Positions 49,630 through 58,935 are shown, numbered from the stretch's first letter. The stretch is 64,000 nt of DNA from an uncultured Gemmatimonadales bacterium (GCA_963716255.1 OY970303.1:1664001-1728000), one strand, 5' to 3'. Made by a program: numbers and translations. The notes: generated by a model not told the origin, from the sequence alone.

Positions 49630-51744
49630 TCACTCGCCGTCCGCCGGTCCCCCGTCCACCACCTTCACCTCGCGGCTGCGCAGCGGCAGGCGGACGGTGA
49701 ACACCGAGCCCTCCCCCAGCTCCGACTCCACCCGCACCGACCCGCCCAGCAGGTCCAGCAGCTTGCGGGTGATGGAGAGCCCCAGGCCCGTGCCGCCGTA
49801 CTCGCGCGTGGACGACTGGTCCACCTGGCGGAAGTCCTCCCAGATGTTTTCCAGGCTTTCCGGGTCGATCCCGATCCCCGTGTCGCCCACCTCCACCTCC
49901 GCCCCGCCGCCGCCGGGAGCCAGCCGCGCGGTCACCCGGATCTCCCCCTCGTGCGTGAACTTGACCGCGTTGGAAAGCAGGTTCAGGAGGATCTGCTTGA
50001 CCCTGGTGCGGTCCGTCTCCAGCACGGGGAGGTCCGGCGCCAGCTCCACCCGGTACTCCAGCCGCTTCTGGCGCACCATGGGCTCCACCGTGGCGGAAAG
50101 CTCCTGGATCAGCGCCACCACGTCCACCTGCTCCAGGTGCACCGGCATCTTCCCGGCCTCGATCTTGGCCAGGTCCAGCACGTCGTTCACCAGCTCCAGC
50201 AGGTGCTGGCTCGCCGCGAACATCCGGTCCAGCGCCTCCCCCTGCCGCTTGCTGATGTCGCCGTAGATGCGGTCGCGCATCAGCGAGGTGTAGCCCAGCA
50301 GCGCGTTGATGGGGGTGCGCAGCTCGTGGCTCATGCTGGCCAGGAACTCCGACTTCAGCCGGTACGCCCGCTCCAGCTCGCGGCTCTGCCACTCCAGCTG
50401 CCGGTTGCGCTCCTCCAGCTCGCCGGTGGCCGAGGCCACCCGGTCCTCCAGCCCCTCGTTGAGCGCGGTCAGCTCCAGCGCCAGCCGCTCGTTCTCCACC
50501 GCCTTGGTCAGGTCGTGGACGATGGAGACGATGGCCGTCATCTCCCCGCGCTCGTTGAGGATCTTCCCCGACACCACCTCCACCGGGATCTCGCGGTGCG
50601 TATCCGGGTCCACCAGCATCAGCGGCTCCACCCGCGAAGCGTCGGGGCTGAGCGCGAAGTCCGAGATGAACGAGGAGAAGCGGGTGTCGTTGGTGCGCAC
50701 CTCCTGCTCGCCGGGCGAGTCCGCCGACGCCTCGAAGAGCCGCTCCGCCTGGTGGTTGGTGAGGATGATGTTGGAATCCTCGTCCGTCACCAGGATGGGG
50801 TCGCCCACGTTCTCCAGGATCAGGTTGAGGCGGTCGCGCTCGCGGCGCGACTTGACCTCCGCCTGGCGCATGCGCTTGAACTGCTGCTCCAGCTCCGTGG
50901 CCGCGCGCTTCAGGTCGGTCACGTCCCGCAGCACCGAGACGGTCGCCCCCTCCCCCACCAGCGCCTCCGGGAAGGGCGTGGCGAGCACCTCGAAGAGCAG
51001 GTCCCCGCCCTCGGAGGGGTCCACCAGGTTCAGCTCGCGCGCCCCGGTGGCGGGCTCCCCCGCGCGGGTCAGGAAGGAGGAGAGCAGCAGGTTGTTGATC
51101 TCCACCGCGCGCCGCCGTCCCTCGCTGTCCCCCTCGCCGCTGGTGAGCAGCGCCTTGGCGCGCGCGTTCTCCAGCAGGATGTGGTTGCCGGCGTCGGTGA
51201 CCAGGACCGGGTCGGGGAGCGCGTTGACGATGGCGGTGAGCAGCTGCCGCTGGCGCTCCATCGCCCCGGACGAGCGGCGCAGCTCGTCCAGCTCGCCCAG
51301 GCGCTCCAGCGCGGGCCCCACCAGCCGCAGCGTCCCGGCCAGCGCGGCGAAGTCGTCCAGCTTCCGCCCCCCCGGGTCCACCACCAGCACCACGGCCACC
51401 TCCTCCCGTCCGGGCACCGGGAGCGCCACCCCGCGGCTCAGCCCCGGGAGCACCTCCTCGCCGCGCCACTCCGCCGGCGCCCCGCCGAGCGCCGCGCGCA
51501 CCGCCGGGTGGAAGCCCGCCGAAAGGGGGACGACGAAGCCGCGCACGGTCTCCTCGTCCCACCCCGTCCCCGCCACCCCGCGCACCGCGCCGCGTCGCAC
51601 CTCCGCGGCGAGCGTGCGCGCCACGCCCAGCGGGGCGAGCCCGCCCTCCAGCAGCAGGGCGAGCGCCTGCGCGAGCGTGCCGGCCCGCTGGACGCGGTCC
51701 AGCAGGGCCAGGAGCTCGGCGGTGTCGGGGGGGAGGGAGCCCAC
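49630..51744 (-). CDS. PAS-containing sensor histidine kinase
   Basis: Two PAS-like segments (LPDPVLVTD, VGDPILVTD); H-box MSHELRTP, N-box NLLSNAVKFT, DTGIGI, GGTGLGL; no receiver domain. Confidence 0.9.
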   Translation of the reverse strand: MGSLPPDTAELLALLDRVQRAGTLAQALALLLEGGLAPLGVARTLAAEVRRGAVRGVAGTGWDEETVRGFVVPLSAGFHPAVRAALGGAPAEWRGEEVLPGLSRGVALPVPGREEVAVVLVVDPGGRKLDDFAALAGTLRLVGPALERLGELDELRRSSGAMERQRQLLTAIVNALPDPVLVTDAGNHILLENARAKALLTSGEGDSEGRRRAVEINNLLLSSFLTRAGEPATGARELNLVDPSEGGDLLFEVLATPFPEALVGEGATVSVLRDVTDLKRAATELEQQFKRMRQAEVKSRRERDRLNLILENVGDPILVTDEDSNIILTNHQAERLFEASADSPGEQEVRTNDTRFSSFISDFALSPDASRVEPLMLVDPDTHREIPVEVVSGKILNERGEMTAIVSIVHDLTKAVENERLALELTALNEGLEDRVASATGELEERNRQLEWQSRELERAYRLKSEFLASMSHELRTPINALLGYTSLMRDRIYGDISKRQGEALDRMFAASQHLLELVNDVLDLAKIEAGKMPVHLEQVDVVALIQELSATVEPMVRQKRLEYRVELAPDLPVLETDRTRVKQILLNLLSNAVKFTHEGEIRVTARLAPGGGGAEVEVGDTGIGIDPESLENIWEDFRQVDQSSTREYGGTGLGLSITRKLLDLLGGSVRVESELGEGSVFTVRLPLRSREVKVVDGGPADGE

Positions 51745-51748
51745 GGGT

Positions 51749-52051
51749 TCAGCTCAGCGCGTCGAGCCTTCGCCTCAGCTCGGCGTTCTCGGCGATGAGG
51801 CGGTCCATCTCGGCCGCGGAGGAGGAGGGAGCCACGATCTCCCGGGGGCGCGAGGGACCGGTGATGCCCACCGCCTCGGAGTACTTCAGGTAGGTGTCGA
51901 TGGACGCCACCACGATGCGGGCCTCGACGGTCACCAGGTCGATCCCCACCAGGGACACGCGCACGTACGCGTCGATGACGATCCCCTTGTCGAGGACCCG
52001 GTCCAGGACGTCGATCAGGCTGGTCCCGCCCGGCGCTCGTTCTACGGCCAT
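51749..52051 (-). CDS. gvpA: Gas vesicle major structural protein
   Basis: [47 protein letters not shown]. Confidence 0.92.
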   Translation of the reverse strand: MAVERAPGGTSLIDVLDRVLDKGIVIDAYVRVSLVGIDLVTVEARIVVASIDTYLKYSEAVGITGPSRPREIVAPSSSAAEMDRLIAENAELRRRLDALS

Positions 52052-52130
52052 CGAATGCTTCTCCGAATCAGAAGGATGGGGAGGCCCGCCCGGTCGTCCG
52101 CCCCCACTCCGCCCTCGCCCGCACCCGCGC

Positions 52131-52454
52131 TCACCCCTCTCCGGCGTCCCCCGCCGACAGCCGCTCCAGCCGCTCCTCCAGCAGGCGCACCCGCTCGCGG
52201 AGCTCCCGGTTCTCCACCTCCACCCGCGCCGCGCCCCCGCTGAGCGCCGGGTCGAAGCGCCACCAGTCCAGCCCGATCTGCTCCGCCTTGTCGATGGAGC
52301 AGACGAGGAGCCGGACCTGCACGGTGAGCAGCTCGACGTTGGCGAGGTTGATCTTGATGTCGCCGGCGATCACCAGCCCCTTGTCGAGGATCCGGTCGAG
52401 GATGTCGACCAGCCCCTGGGGGCGCGTGGGGGCGAGGGGAGCGAGATCGGGCAA
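52131..52454 (-). CDS. gvpJ: Gas vesicle protein GvpJ (GvpA family)
   Basis: [29 protein letters not shown]...[16 protein letters not shown] start. Confidence 0.85.
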   Translation of the reverse strand: MPDLAPLAPTRPQGLVDILDRILDKGLVIAGDIKINLANVELLTVQVRLLVCSIDKAEQIGLDWWRFDPALSGGAARVEVENRELRERVRLLEERLERLSAGDAGEG

Positions 52455-52481
52455 TGCGCCTTGTCGTGTGCGGGTCTCGAT

Positions 52482-52829
52482 TTACAGGAGCTTCCCCAGC
52501 GGACCAAGATCGACGTTGAGGTCCTCGCCCGCAAGCCCGAAGACCCCTTTGATCTCCTGCATTTTCTCCTCCAGCAGCAGGAGCGCCGTCCCCATGCGCT
52601 CCACCTGCTCCTCGCTCAGGTCGGGGTCCTCCATCCGCCGCACGGCCTGGTGCTCCACCACCTGCCGCAGGAGCTCCACCAGGGTAAGCACGAGACGGGC
52701 CAGGTCCTTTTGTACCGTGTCCGGGTCGACGTCTATTTTTTTCGGGAGGGCGTTGGCCAGGGCGGCGATCTCCGCCATCGGCAGGTCGACTTCTGTGGCG
52801 CGTTTGTTCGGCGCGTGGGGCGTGGTCAT
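52482..52829 (-). CDS. gvpK: Gas vesicle protein GvpK
   Basis: LARLVLTLVELLRQVVEHQAVRRME, ERMGTAL, DLNVDLGPLGKLL. Confidence 0.9.
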   Translation of the reverse strand: MTTPHAPNKRATEVDLPMAEIAALANALPKKIDVDPDTVQKDLARLVLTLVELLRQVVEHQAVRRMEDPDLSEEQVERMGTALLLLEEKMQEIKGVFGLAGEDLNVDLGPLGKLL

Positions 52830-52852
52830 GGACGGTTTCTCACTGCGGGTTC

Positions 52853-53181
52853 GGGCATGCCCCCCGCGGGGCGCGGGGGTCGGGCTTCGGCTCCGTAGGG
52901 CTGCAAACAACGCAGCCCAACGGAGTCGAGCCCCCGCAAACTGCGCGGGGTCTCGCCCCTTCGGGCCGAAATCCCTCATGCGGCATCGCGCTGGCGTCCG
53001 CAAGCGGGGAAAGGGGAGCACGACACGACGAGCCCGAGGGTCAGGAAGCCCTCCCCCAGAATTGGGGGAGGGTGGCGGCTCTCAGGCTGCCGGGTGGGGG
53101 CCCGCGGGCGCCAGCTCCGCGCCTGCGCATGGCACCGCTGTGCTCCCCTCCCCCTTGCGGGGAGGGGCCGGGGGAGGGGGT
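52853..53181 (+). repeat. Element A copy 11 (52853-52981) + element B hairpins, inside the gvp cluster
   Basis: Terminal stem changed compensatorily to GCATG/CATGC. Confidence 0.9.
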
Positions 53182-53195
53182 CGCCGTCGTCGTTC

Positions 53196-53906
53196 CTACA
53201 CGAACGAGTACGGCGCCCAGGGGCCCGAGACGCGCACCTCCACCTCCGGCAGCTCCCCGGCGATCCGCGCCACGGCGGCGCGGTAGGCGGCCACGTCGCC
53301 GCGGCGCACCAGGTGGGCCAGCGTACCCGCGACCTCCGGCCGCGGGAGCGGCGTCCGGGCCTCCACCGCCTCGGGCAGCGGCGCCGCCACGGCGCGCGAG
53401 ACCCGCTCCAGCAGCGCGTCCGCCTCGTCGCGCAGCGCCGCCTCCAGGGCGTGCTCGCGGCGCCGCGCCTCCAGGTAGGCCCGTCCGGTCGCGGGCTTCC
53501 CGTCCACCGGGCGCAGCTCCGGCCGGCGCGCGAGCAGGCGCTCCCGCGCCGACGCCGCGTCCCAGCCGAGCGCCGCGCCCATCTCCACGCGGCCGCGCAC
53601 GCGCTCCAGCGAGGCCAGCAGCTCCGCCGCGCGCTCCGCCAGCGCCCCGCGCAGCGCGTCCCCGTCCGCGAACACGGTTCCGAAGCGCAGGGGGAGCGGG
53701 GTGGCGGTGCGGAGGGCCGCGCGGACCACGGCGTCGTGCTCGCGCAGGCGGTCCGGCTCCGGCGCCGGGGGCGACTGCAGCCGCGAGATCCAGGCGCCCA
53801 GCTCCCCGGCCTCCGCCAGCGCCACCTCCGCCCCGCCGATCCCCCGCACCTCCGGCCCGGGCGGCGGCTCCCCGGCCGCGCGGACGCAGTAGGCGTGCAG
53901 GATCAT
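53196..53906 (-). CDS. GvpL/GvpF-family gas vesicle protein
   Basis: HAYCV, HDAVV, PLRFGTVF, SGPWAPYSF. Confidence 0.85.
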   Translation of the reverse strand: MILHAYCVRAAGEPPPGPEVRGIGGAEVALAEAGELGAWISRLQSPPAPEPDRLREHDAVVRAALRTATPLPLRFGTVFADGDALRGALAERAAELLASLERVRGRVEMGAALGWDAASARERLLARRPELRPVDGKPATGRAYLEARRREHALEAALRDEADALLERVSRAVAAPLPEAVEARTPLPRPEVAGTLAHLVRRGDVAAYRAAVARIAGELPEVEVRVSGPWAPYSFV

Positions 53907-54178
53907 CCCCCGCCGCCGCCCCGCCCCACCGGGCGCCCCAGCGCGCCGCGCGCCGTGGCGACCGAGGTCAGCACGGCGTTCAGGCCCAGGTACACCAGCT
54001 CCACGCCGGCCACGGAAAGGGTCACCTCGCCGGTGAGGACCACGCCCCGGTCCAGCACGCGGTTCACCAGGTCCACCAGCGACCCGTCGTCCCCGCCGCC
54101 GGGGGTCCACACCTCCCACTCGTCGCCGGCGAGGCTCGCGTCCAGCCCGCCCGCCGGGGCGCCGCGCTCAGGCGTCAT
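53903..54178 (-). CDS. GvpA-family accessory protein (GvpS/GvpM-like)
   Basis: SLVDLVNRVLDRGVVLTGEVTLSVAGVELVYLGL. Confidence 0.82.
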   Translation of the reverse strand: MTPERGAPAGGLDASLAGDEWEVWTPGGGDDGSLVDLVNRVLDRGVVLTGEVTLSVAGVELVYLGLNAVLTSVATARGALGRPVGRGGGGG

Positions 54179-54971
54179 CCGCGGCGAAGTGGTAGGGGGG
54201 CCAGGGGCCCGTGAACTCCAGCTCGAACCCCGCGCCGTCCCAGCGGTGCGCCGCCTCCGTCACGCCGCGCTGGAAGGCCGCGAACGCGGACTCGTCCACC
54301 AGGAAGGCGGCGTCCAGCACCAGGACGCGCCCCTCGTCGCCGCCGCGCCCGGCGAGCGGGAGCGCCCGCGCCTCCGCGGCCAGCGGCGCGAGCGCCGCGT
54401 GCGCCTGCCGCGCCGCGTCCGCGCCCACCGCGCGCAGTTCCTCCGCGCGCAGCCCGGCAGCCTTCTTCCGCAGCAGGAACCGCCTCCCCGGCGCCGCGGC
54501 GGCGATCTCCGCGGCCAGCTCCCGCAGGCGCGGCGACAGCTCGTCCAGCCGCTCCGCGACGCGCGCGTCCACCCGCCACAGGCGCACCCCCCACTCGCGC
54601 CGCCCCGCCACGCGCGCGAGCCCGCGCCGGAAGCGCTCCCCCTCCGCCTCCAGCAGGGCGCGCACCCGCTCCGGGCCCGCGTGCAGCGAGAACAGCGTCA
54701 GCGGGAGCACGGGCCGGCGGTCCGCCAGCCAGAGCAGCACCGCCTCGTGGGCGGCCCCGCGCTCCCCCACCCAGGCCAGCTCCGCCGTGCGCGCGTCCAG
54801 CGCCGCCTCCCCGTACTCGTCCGCCGGGAGTTCGCTGACCGCCGCGGCCAGACCGCCCGCGCGCAGCAGCCGCACGGGAGCGCCGTCGATCCCGGCCACC
54901 CCCTCCGGGAGCTCCGGTGCGTCCGCCGGGACCACGGCGTACAGGTAGGTGAGGGTGCCCACCGCGCTCAC
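54168..54971 (-). CDS. GvpL/GvpF-family gas vesicle protein
   Basis: YLYAVV, AHEAVL, REWGVR, AAFLV, FTGPWPPYHF; GTG overlaps the arsA-like stop. Confidence 0.85.
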   Translation of the reverse strand: MSAVGTLTYLYAVVPADAPELPEGVAGIDGAPVRLLRAGGLAAAVSELPADEYGEAALDARTAELAWVGERGAAHEAVLLWLADRRPVLPLTLFSLHAGPERVRALLEAEGERFRRGLARVAGRREWGVRLWRVDARVAERLDELSPRLRELAAEIAAAAPGRRFLLRKKAAGLRAEELRAVGADAARQAHAALAPLAAEARALPLAGRGGDEGRVLVLDAAFLVDESAFAAFQRGVTEAAHRWDGAGFELEFTGPWPPYHFAADDA

Positions 54972-56878
54972 GCCGGGACCGCGCGCCGCCAGGAGCGCGC
55001 GAAGCGCAGCAGCTCCGCCGCGCCGCGCGGAGCCCGCCCACCCCACTCCGGCGCCGCGGCAGCCTCCGGCACGCCCGGCACGGCGAGCAGGCGCGCCGCC
55101 TCCGCGCCACGCCCGGGGAGCACCGCGCCGCCCGCGAGCGCGCGGTTGACGAGCAGTGCGCCGGGAGCGGTCCCGAGCTCGCCCAGGCGGACGGCGAGCC
55201 GCTCCGTCTCGGGGACGCTCAGCGCTTCGGGGAGGGCCACGGCCAGGAAGAAGGTGTGCGCGCCGTCCTCCAGGCGCCCTCGCAGCGCGCGGAGGGTGCG
55301 CGCGAAATGGAGGACGCGCTCCGCCGCTGCCCCCAGCCCCACCACCTCGCGGTACCCGAGGAACAGGCGGAGGAGGGCGTGCGACCAGTCGAGCGCCACG
55401 GCGGGCATCTCCAGAAGGCGCAGCAGGTGGCCGGTGGGGGCGGTGTCGAGCACGAGCGCATTGTATTTCCCCCCCTCCAGCAAGTCAATCAACTCTCCCA
55501 GCGCCATCACCTCGTCCACGCCGGGGGGCGCGAGGTCCGCCAGCCGCTCCGCCACCTCCCGGTCCGCCGCGGACAGCCCCGATCCCGCCGCCCCGCCGAA
55601 CAGCGCCTCCACCTGCCCGCGCAGCTCCGCCCGGAACGCGTCCCACCCCGCCGCCGCGTCCATCTGCCGCAGCCACAACCCCGGCGCTCCGGGCGCCCCG
55701 GCCGCGGCCGCGCCGACCTCCGTCTCCCACACGTCCCCCAGCGACCCCGCCGGGTCCGTGCTCACCAGCAGCACCGGCGCCCGCCCCTCCTCCGCAAGCC
55801 GCGCCGCCACCGCCGATGCCACGGTGCTCTTTCCCACCCCGCCCTTGCCCCCCACCAGGTACAGCCGGCGGTCCGCCGGCACGGACCACGGCGCGCCGAT
55901 CTCGATGCCCCCACCCCCCGCCGTGTCGTGCTCCCCCTCTCCCCTTGTGGGAGAGGGGGCCGGGGGGTGAGGGGTCCCCTGGCGCAGCGGCCCGGCCTCC
56001 ACCCTCCGCAGGCCCGCGATTCCCACCGGCTCCTCCGCCAGCAGCGGAATTCCCACGACCCGCACCCCCGTCCCCGCGGCGCCGGGATCCGCGTCCGAAA
56101 GCGCATCCCCCGCGGCAACCCGGTTCACGACGACGGCGGCGACGGCGATCCCGCGCTCCCGGAGCGCGGCCAGGTAGCGCCGCGTCTCGGCGAGCACCAC
56201 GGGCTCGGGCGTGGCGACCAGGACGAAGCGGGTGCGGGCGGGGTCGGCGACGAGGGCGGCCATGCGCTCCACGACCGCGCGCAGCGTGGCGAGCCCGCGG
56301 GCCGCCGCGTCCGGGCGGTAAGCGCCGGCGAGGGCGAGCGCCACGGCGCGGTGCCGGGCCTCCATCGCCTCCAGCGCGGCGATCCAGCCGCCGGCCGCGC
56401 GGGGAAGGTCCAGCAGGCGCAGGGTGTGTCCGGTGGGGGCGGTGTCGACCACGACGCGAAGGGCGGGATCGGAGCCGGCGAGGTCCAGCAGGCGGAGCAG
56501 GGCGCCCAGCTCGTCCATCCCCGGCGGGGCGAGCTCGAGGAACCCCGCGACGTCGTCCGGGGCCAGGTAGGTGCCGCGCTCCAGCAGGCGGGACAGCGTG
56601 TCGCGGTGCCGCTCCAGGAAGCGGGCGCGCTCCAGCGCGGCGTCGATCTCCAGCGCCTCCAGCCCCGGCACCCCGGCCACGGGCGCCGGCTCCGGCCCCA
56701 GCCGGGCCCCCAGCGCGTCGCCCAGCGAGTGCGCCGGGTCCGTGGACAGGACGAGGACGCGCTCCCCCGCGTCCGCCAGCGCCACGGCCAGCGCCGCAGC
56801 CACGGTGGTCTTCCCCACCCCACCCTTTCCCCCCACGAGCGTCCACCCGGGGCCCGCGCCGAGCCGCTCCGCCAGCAC
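54968..56878 (-). CDS. Tandem two-domain ArsA/GET3-family ATPase
   Basis: Two GKGGVGK(T/S), two STDPA, two DTAPTGH motifs; no cysteine in the protein. Confidence 0.9.
   Translation of the reverse strand: MLAERLGAGPGWTLVGGKGGVGKTTVAAALAVALADAGERVLVLSTDPAHSLGDALGARLGPEPAPVAGVPGLEALEIDAALERARFLERHRDTLSRLLERGTYLAPDDVAGFLELAPPGMDELGALLRLLDLAGSDPALRVVVDTAPTGHTLRLLDLPRAAGGWIAALEAMEARHRAVALALAGAYRPDAAARGLATLRAVVERMAALVADPARTRFVLVATPEPVVLAETRRYLAALRERGIAVAAVVVNRVAAGDALSDADPGAAGTGVRVVGIPLLAEEPVGIAGLRRVEAGPLRQGTPHPPAPSPTRGEGEHDTAGGGGIEIGAPWSVPADRRLYLVGGKGGVGKSTVASAVAARLAEEGRAPVLLVSTDPAGSLGDVWETEVGAAAAGAPGAPGLWLRQMDAAAGWDAFRAELRGQVEALFGGAAGSGLSAADREVAERLADLAPPGVDEVMALGELIDLLEGGKYNALVLDTAPTGHLLRLLEMPAVALDWSHALLRLFLGYREVVGLGAAAERVLHFARTLRALRGRLEDGAHTFFLAVALPEALSVPETERLAVRLGELGTAPGALLVNRALAGGAVLPGRGAEAARLLAVPGVPEAAAAPEWGGRAPRGAAELLRFARSWRRAVPA
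55931..55974. repeat. Element B REP-like hairpin inside the ArsA-like coding sequence
   Basis: 43/44 identical to the copy at 16759-16802; read in frame as PHPPAPSPTRGEGE. Confidence 0.88.
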
Positions 56879-56887
56879 GCGCGCTCC

Positions 56888-57259
56888 CTACCCGCCGTCC
56901 AGGCCGGGGGCCGGCTCCACGCTCGCCCCGGCGGGCTCCACCGCCACGTCCGGCGCCGCCTCCGCCCCTTCCTGCCTCGCGACGCGCACCGGTCCGCCCG
57001 CGATCCCCATCCCGAACTCCTCGCGCCACTGCCGCACCTCGCGCAGGCGCAGCATCAGCTCCGCCTCCTGCTCCACGTACTCCGCGTCGTCGATCTCCCC
57101 CAGCTCCAGCCGCATCTGCAGCGCGAGCAGGTCCTCCTTGACGGACTGGTCGTCCGTCAGCTCCCGGCGCATCGTCTCCTCGACCTTGCCGAGCGAGAAC
57201 TTCACCAGGAACTCCGGCCCGGTGACCGGCCAGAAGAGGAGGTGCTTGAGGAGGCCCAT
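56888..57259 (-). CDS. gvpG: Gas vesicle protein GvpG
   Basis: LLFWPVTG...ELTDDQSVKEDLLALQMRLELGEIDDAEYVEQEAELMLRL. Confidence 0.82.
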   Translation of the reverse strand: MGLLKHLLFWPVTGPEFLVKFSLGKVEETMRRELTDDQSVKEDLLALQMRLELGEIDDAEYVEQEAELMLRLREVRQWREEFGMGIAGGPVRVARQEGAEAAPDVAVEPAGASVEPAPGLDGG

Positions 57260-57269
57260 GGGAACGGCA

Positions 57270-57310
57270 GGGAACAGGGAACAGGAACAGGGAACAGGGA
57301 ACAGGAAACA
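57270..57310. repeat. Heptamer tandem repeat (GGGAACA)n just upstream of the gvpG start
   Basis: About six GG(G)AACA units; related degenerate array at 58946-58975. Confidence 0.85.
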
Positions 57311-57408
57311 GCCTGCAACCGCGGACAGCACGAGATGCCGTTGCCGTTGGGGGCTGTCGCCTGTCCCCTTGGGTGGCGGAGGAGCGGCCGGGGTGGATTC
57401 CCTGTCCC

Positions 57409-58191
57409 CTATCCGCTCGCCTTTTCCAGCTTCAGCTTGATGTTGACGAAGTTGTACGGCGGCCAGGGGCCCGTGTACTTGAAGGTCAGCATCGCCTCGT
57501 ACTTGCGCGACACCTCTTTGACCCGCTCGTCGAACGACCGCTCGCGCTCGCGCTCCACCAGGAAAGCGGCGTTCATGATCATGCGGTCGCCGATGGGCTT
57601 GTTCGCGCGCGAGGCCACCGCGGACGGCTTCAGCGCCTCGTGGATGTCGCGGACGAAGGCGTTCCCCGCCTCCTCCAGCGCCGATTCCACCAGCCGCCCC
57701 AGCTGCATGCGCGCGAAGTAGGTGGAGCTCTGCGCGCTGCGGCCGATCTCGTCGCGCAGGCGGCGGATCTCCTCGTTCTCCTGCTCCAGCGAGGCGATCA
57801 CCCGGTCGCGGTCCCACAGCACCTTGAGCCCGAACTCGATCTTGTCCGCCATCTTCTCCAGCACGTCGGCGAACGCCTGGTAGGTGGACTTGAGCAGCTC
57901 CACGATGTCGCTCTCGGTGCGGAAGAGCGTCCCGAAGCTCATGGGGATCACGGTGTGCTCGCGCATCACCGTCTCGTTCACGAACTCGTGCGCCAGGACG
58001 TTCTCGCGCGTGGGGTCGTAGATGCGCAGCGGCGTGTCGCTCACCACCGCCGCCAGCTCGCCGAAGTGCACCGTGTACACCGGGCTCGCCGCCTCGCCGA
58101 TGCCGATGCTCCCGAACTCGCGGGTCCGGGGACACTTGATGACGCAGTACACGTACTTCCCGGTGTCCACCGGGGCAGGGTCGTCGCTCAT
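57409..58191 (-). CDS. gvpF: Gas vesicle protein GvpF (GvpL/F family)
   Basis: GKYVYCVI, LAAVVSD, AHEFVNE, IPMSFGT, NAAFLV, YTGPWPPYNFV. Confidence 0.88.
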   Translation of the reverse strand: MSDDPAPVDTGKYVYCVIKCPRTREFGSIGIGEAASPVYTVHFGELAAVVSDTPLRIYDPTRENVLAHEFVNETVMREHTVIPMSFGTLFRTESDIVELLKSTYQAFADVLEKMADKIEFGLKVLWDRDRVIASLEQENEEIRRLRDEIGRSAQSSTYFARMQLGRLVESALEEAGNAFVRDIHEALKPSAVASRANKPIGDRMIMNAAFLVERERERSFDERVKEVSRKYEAMLTFKYTGPWPPYNFVNIKLKLEKASG

Positions 58192-58265
58192 CGGTCTCCG
58201 TGGGGGTGCTTCATGCCCGGCGTGGGGGGGCGGCAAGATGGGGACCAACGTGCACTCTCAGGTTC

Positions 58266-58393
58266 GGGCGTGCCCCCGGCTGCGCCGGGGTCGGGCTGCG
58301 GCTCCGTAGCAAACGATACTACCGTTTGCAACGGAGGCGAGCCCGCGCAAACAGCCGCGCGGTCTCGCCGCTTCGCGCTCGCATCCCTCACGC
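58266..58393 (+). repeat. Element A copy 12
   Basis: Inner stem GCAAACG-ATACTAC-CGTTTGC. Confidence 0.9.
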
Positions 58394-58431
58394 GGGGTTC
58401 GTGCTGGCGTCCGCGATGGGTGCCGCCGGGC

Positions 58432-58935
58432 CTAGCGCAGCGCCGACAGCAGCACGATCGCCGCGATCGCCACCCCGATCCCCGCTTTTGCCGCCGTGGC
58501 CGCGAGCCGCCCCAGCAGCGCGCCCCACCCGGTGCGCAGCGCCGGCTGCAGGCCCGTCCCGTGCTTGCGCATCCACAGCACCTCGAAGAGCACCGCACCG
58601 GCGAACGACCCCACGAACGAGCCGATGATGCTCCCCACCAGGAAGATGGGGACCCCCACCACCGCGCCCACGATCCCCCCCAGGATGGCGCCCCACCCCG
58701 CCGCGCGGCTCCCGCCGTAGCGCCGCGCGAAGTGGCCGCCCAGCCAGAACTCGATCCCCTCCGCGACCGCCGCCAGCACCACGGCCACGACGATCACCGG
58801 CACGCCCACCGTGGCGAAGCCGGTCAGGAAGCCGTAGCCCACCAGCGCCGCGATCTGCACCCAGAGGCCCGGGAAGCCGAAGGGGATCAGGAGGAGGCCG
58901 ACGACCTGGAGGACGACGAGTACGGCGTAGGGCAT
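58432..58935 (-). CDS. DUF456-like membrane protein
   Basis: Hydrophobic; PG motif, ARRYGGSRAAGWGAILGGIVGA, GSFAGA..E. Confidence 0.8.
   Translation of the reverse strand: MPYAVLVVLQVVGLLLIPFGFPGLWVQIAALVGYGFLTGFATVGVPVIVVAVVLAAVAEGIEFWLGGHFARRYGGSRAAGWGAILGGIVGAVVGVPIFLVGSIIGSFVGSFAGAVLFEVLWMRKHGTGLQPALRTGWGALLGRLAATAAKAGIGVAIAAIVLLSALR

Noticed and set aside
49022..51562. 846-aa ORF joining the kinase region to DinB
   Set aside because: Only the last 166 aa (from ATG 49522) are DinB-like; the rest is an off-frame overlap of the kinase.
52736..52742. A7 run in gvpK as a programmed slippage site
   Set aside because: The frame is open through the run and yields a normal GvpK; no evidence for an alternative product.
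54968..56878. Arsenic resistance ATPase annotation
   Set aside because: No cysteines for metalloid binding and no ars operon genes nearby.
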